A stretch of DNA of 64,000 nucleotides. Origin: Aliidongia sp. (GTDB taxonomy: Bacteria; Pseudomonadota; Alphaproteobacteria; ATCC43930; CGMCC-115725). The DNA is taken from assembly GCA_036821645.1 (NCBI GenBank), contig DAISJD010000001.1:1700-65699 (forward strand). Reading direction: 5' to 3'. A program made the position numbers and the translations under genes. The notes beneath the pieces were generated by a model, which saw nothing but the letters and a program-made list of their open reading frames with translations, did no database searches and was not told the DNA's origin. Below, piece by piece: positions 60,667 through 64,000 of this stretch. How positions within the stretch are numbered: the stretch's first letter is position 1; every line of letters starts with the position of its first letter.

Positions 60667-61482
60667 ATGCTTATCACTTTCTGGGGTGTTCGCGGGAGTA
60701 TCCCCTGCCCGGAACCCACGCACATGAGAGCCGGTGGCAATACCAGTTGCGTTGGCGTCAGCGTCGCTGGCCGCGAGTTTTTGTTTGATGCGGGAACGGG
60801 ACTGCGGGCCGCAGGGCGCCATCTTCTCCAGAACGGCAAGCAAGACTACACCATCCTTCTGGGACATACACATCACGATCATATCAGCGGATTCCCCTTT
60901 TTTATGCCCGCTTACCAGCCGGGAACCCGGATTCAGATCCTTGCCGGCCACCTTGCCAGCGCCGGTGGGGTGCGACAAATTTTCGCCGACCAAATGTCCG
61001 CCCCCCTTTTTCCCGTTCGGCTTGACGGCTTAAAAGCGAATTTATCTTTTGAAGATTTCAACGCTGGCGACACGATCGACGCTGGCGATGGAATTTCGAT
61101 TCGAACGATCGCGCTCAATCATCCTGGTGGGGCAACTGGGTATCGGCTAGATTATAATGGAAAATCAATATGTTATGTGACAGACACCGAACATGAGCCG
61201 GAAGTTCTCGACAAGGAATTGCTCGCATTGGTTCAAGACACCGATTTACTCGTCTACGATTCAACCTATACGGATGAGGAATTTGAACAACGCAGGGGAT
61301 GGGGGCATTCAAGCTGGGAACATGGCGTAAGAATTAGCCAAGCTGCACAAGTAAAAAACTATGTTTTGTTTCACCATGACCCTGATCATGATGATATTTT
61401 CTTAGATGAAATAGAGAAGAAAGCAAAATTTTTATTCCCTGGTTCCATCTTAGGCCGTGAAGGCCTCAAGATAACACTCTAA
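60667..61482 (+). CDS. MBL-fold metallo-hydrolase
   Basis: MLITFWGVRGS..., HTHHDHISG metal motif, C-terminal HHDPDHDD. Confidence 0.75.
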   Translation: MLITFWGVRGSIPCPEPTHMRAGGNTSCVGVSVAGREFLFDAGTGLRAAGRHLLQNGKQDYTILLGHTHHDHISGFPFFMPAYQPGTRIQILAGHLASAGGVRQIFADQMSAPLFPVRLDGLKANLSFEDFNAGDTIDAGDGISIRTIALNHPGGATGYRLDYNGKSICYVTDTEHEPEVLDKELLALVQDTDLLVYDSTYTDEEFEQRRGWGHSSWEHGVRISQAAQVKNYVLFHHDPDHDDIFLDEIEKKAKFLFPGSILGREGLKITL

Positions 61483-61715
61483 ACATGCCATGGTACACTT
61501 AGGAAAAAAACGCGAATTTACCCCTGGTCGGTGTCATAATGAATCGCGTAAAGGTTTCACATTTCTGATCTAGTGTGCGATTATCCGGATCAAGGATAAG
61601 TCTCATACCGGATGCTACACAGGACCACGGGCTCCCATAATTGGTGCAGCCCTCGATCATGGAGGCTGTTGACCGTGTCTTGCGTTACCCTATCAACATT
61701 CTGCGGCGTGAACGG

Positions 61716-64000
61716 ATGAACGAGATTTACGAAGTCGCCATCATCGGCTCTGGTCCTGGTGGTCTTTCAGCTGCTGTGACCGCTGCGAAGCAAGGCCTCT
61801 CGCATATCATGCTGGAGCGCACAGACCATCTTTCTGATACTTTGTACAAATATCAGAAGGGCAAGGGCGTGATGGCCCACCCTGTGAAGCTCCCCTTGCA
61901 GGCCGACGTTCATTTCGATGAGGATAATCGGGAAACCATCCTCGGCTGGTGGAACGATGCCGTGCGCGATGCCGGAACGAACGTCGTCTACAACAGCGAA
62001 GTGACCGGCGTTACCGGACAAAAAGGCGATTTTACGATCACCGTGAAAGACGGGCCGACCTATAAGGCCCGCCATGTGATTCTGGGAATCGGTCTCCAAG
62101 GCAATATTCGCCTGTTGGGCGTGCCAGGGCAGGATCGGCCCTGGGTGCAGTACCAACTCGACGATCCCGACGAATACCACAACGAGCGGATCACCGTGGT
62201 TGGGGCGGGCGATGCTGGGATTGAAAACGCACTGGCCCTTGCAACCCACAATGATTTGACCATCGTCAATCGCGAAAAGGGCTTCATTCGTGCGAAGCCT
62301 GCCAACGTTGCGGCGATCCAACGCCTGATCAACAGCGGCAAGATGAAATATTACGAAGAAACCGGTGTGACGCGCGTCGATGACGATGCCATCATTCTCG
62401 CGACACCCGACGGCGAAGTCCGCGTGCCATGCGAACGCATCATTGCCCGCATCGGCGCCATTCCGCCGCGCCGTTTCGTCGAAAGCTGCGGCATTCAGTT
62501 TCCAAGCCGCGATCCGGCGGCCGTCCCCGAATTGTCGCCGACCTACGAGTCCAATGTTCCGGGCCTTTACATCATCGGCGCGCTTGCAGGTTATACCCTC
62601 ATCAAGCAAGCCATGAATCAGGGCTACGAAGTGGCGATGCGTCTCGCTGCAAAACCCGTGGCCCCGGCCGACGAGCCCTTATTGGCCGAACGATTCGCCA
62701 AAGCATTCCCGAACGTTCCCGTCGATGACGTACTCGAGATCATTCGCACCAAGGTTCCGATGTTCGCCGGGCTTACGACCCTGCAACTGCGCGAAGTGAT
62801 GTTGGAGTCGGAGCTGCACCGCAAGGCGGTCAACGAGACGGTGTTCAATCGTGGCGACTATACCAGCACCTTGTTCAATATTGCGACCGGGGCGGTTAAG
62901 GTCATCCTCAATGAAAATAACCCGAACGAGGCCGTCCGCATCGAAGAAGGGGAATTCTTCGGCGAGTTGGGCCTGATTTCAGGACGGCGGCGCACCGCCA
63001 CCGTTGTCGCGGCCTCAGAAGTCATCCTGGTCGAAACGCCGCGTCGCACAGTGCTGCGCCTTGAAAATTCCGTTGAAGCCGTAAAACAGGTCATGGATTC
63101 CGTGGCCATTCAGCGGCTCGTTCACACGACCCTCGCCAAACATCGACCGGTGGGCGAGTTGAAGGATGTGTTGCAACACGCCCAACTGAAAAACTATCGG
63201 TCGAAAGAAGTCATTATCGCCGAAGGCGATCCTTGCGACGCGCTCTACATTCTGCGCAGCGGCTCTGCGACCGTCACGCGCAATGTTGACGGCAAAGAAA
63301 TCGCATTGAGCTATGTCGGTGCCGGTGGTCTCGTCGGGGAACGGGGGTTGCTCGATCCTGACGCCCGGCGCGCCGCCACCGTCCGCACGACCATCTCCAG
63401 TGAAGTCATCCGCATCGACGGCGAGGCCATCAAGGCGCTCATGACTCACATGCCGGAACTGCGCAAAGTGTTTCAAGTTGCCGTACAGCAACAGTTTGAA
63501 ACGACCGTGCGCACGGAAGTCAAACGCTCCGATCCGCATCAACCGACGACATCGGATAACGAGATCGTCAACTTCCTCATGGCACAAGGGATCGGTGAGG
63601 CGACCAATGCCTTCATCATCGATGAATCCCTCTGCGTCTATTGCGATAATTGCGAAAAAGCGTGCGCCGAAACCCATGGCGGGGTGCCGCGCGTCAATCG
63701 CGAGGCTGGCGATACGTTTGCAGGCAAGCATATCCCCATTGCCTGTCGTCATTGTGAAAACCCCCATTGCATGAGCGACTGCCCGGTTGACTCGATCACC
63801 CGGGCGGCATCAGGCGAAGTTTTCATCGACGATAAATGCATCGGGTGCAGCAACTGCGCCAATAACTGCCCTTACGGCGTGATCGCTATGATCGACGTCT
63901 ATCCCGAAGAAGAAAAAAGCGGGTTCGGCGTGTTCAATTGGATTCTGGAAAGCCTGGGCATCACCAAGCCCAAGCATAAAGAACACGATCACACCATGCC
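61716..64000 (+). CDS. multidomain redox protein, 3' partial: FAD/NAD(P)-binding oxidoreductase + two cyclic-nucleotide-binding domains + 4Fe-4S ferredoxin domain
   Basis: I translated this frame by hand from ATG 61716 to the window end and met no stop (over 760 codons). It is absent from the ORF track because it lacks a stop. VAIIGSGPGGLSAA, VVGAGDAGIENA, FFGELGLISGRRRTATV, LVGERGLL, CVYCDNCEKAC, CRHCENPHCMSDCP, CIGCSNCANNCP. Confidence 0.75.
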   Translation, partial: MNEIYEVAIIGSGPGGLSAAVTAAKQGLSHIMLERTDHLSDTLYKYQKGKGVMAHPVKLPLQADVHFDEDNRETILGWWNDAVRDAGTNVVYNSEVTGVTGQKGDFTITVKDGPTYKARHVILGIGLQGNIRLLGVPGQDRPWVQYQLDDPDEYHNERITVVGAGDAGIENALALATHNDLTIVNREKGFIRAKPANVAAIQRLINSGKMKYYEETGVTRVDDDAIILATPDGEVRVPCERIIARIGAIPPRRFVESCGIQFPSRDPAAVPELSPTYESNVPGLYIIGALAGYTLIKQAMNQGYEVAMRLAAKPVAPADEPLLAERFAKAFPNVPVDDVLEIIRTKVPMFAGLTTLQLREVMLESELHRKAVNETVFNRGDYTSTLFNIATGAVKVILNENNPNEAVRIEEGEFFGELGLISGRRRTATVVAASEVILVETPRRTVLRLENSVEAVKQVMDSVAIQRLVHTTLAKHRPVGELKDVLQHAQLKNYRSKEVIIAEGDPCDALYILRSGSATVTRNVDGKEIALSYVGAGGLVGERGLLDPDARRAATVRTTISSEVIRIDGEAIKALMTHMPELRKVFQVAVQQQFETTVRTEVKRSDPHQPTTSDNEIVNFLMAQGIGEATNAFIIDESLCVYCDNCEKACAETHGGVPRVNREAGDTFAGKHIPIACRHCENPHCMSDCPVDSITRAASGEVFIDDKCIGCSNCANNCPYGVIAMIDVYPEEEKSGFGVFNWILESLGITKPKHKEHDHTM

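Overview
GC-rich chromosomal segment that looks alphaproteobacterial. Supporting markers are MucR/Ros, GapR (DUF2312), a DivL-like kinase with Tyr in the H-box, ccmF-ccmH-ccmI, and the nrdR-glyA and ribD-ribE-ribBA-ribH-nusB-thiL gene orders. Most of the window is ordinary housekeeping or envelope content: TerC and DedA membrane proteins; DegP with an OmpR-type two-component pair; the hopanoid side-chain genes hpnIJKL; a Nu-class GST; a TonB-dependent receptor with Zur-box-like palindromes; a surface-polysaccharide cluster (AsnB-like amidotransferase, three GT4 glycosyltransferases, an epimerase, GmhB); prs; a GH25 lysozyme; ahcY; ispB; tRNA-Pro(CGG); an ABC exporter; and c-type cytochromes. 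The only clearly accessory stretch is about 26.6-32.4 kb. It holds a clean 8-repeat CRISPR array, and I recognise no cas gene anywhere in the window. Next come an XRE regulator, then a visibly AT-richer block carrying a TetR / HPP membrane protein / heme-oxygenase-like di-iron enzyme cassette. After that sit three small AT-rich ORFs, two of them membrane-anchored paralogs, one of which is frameshifted in an A8 tract. I found no transposase, integrase, prophage or recognisable defence-system proteins. A long + strand ORF (61716 to the window end: FAD/NAD oxidoreductase + 2 cNMP-binding domains + 4Fe-4S ferredoxin) is missing from the supplied ORF track because it has no stop inside the window. 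All family assignments come from reading motifs by eye and from memory, without any database search. Many start codons were trimmed from the ORF track and are approximate.
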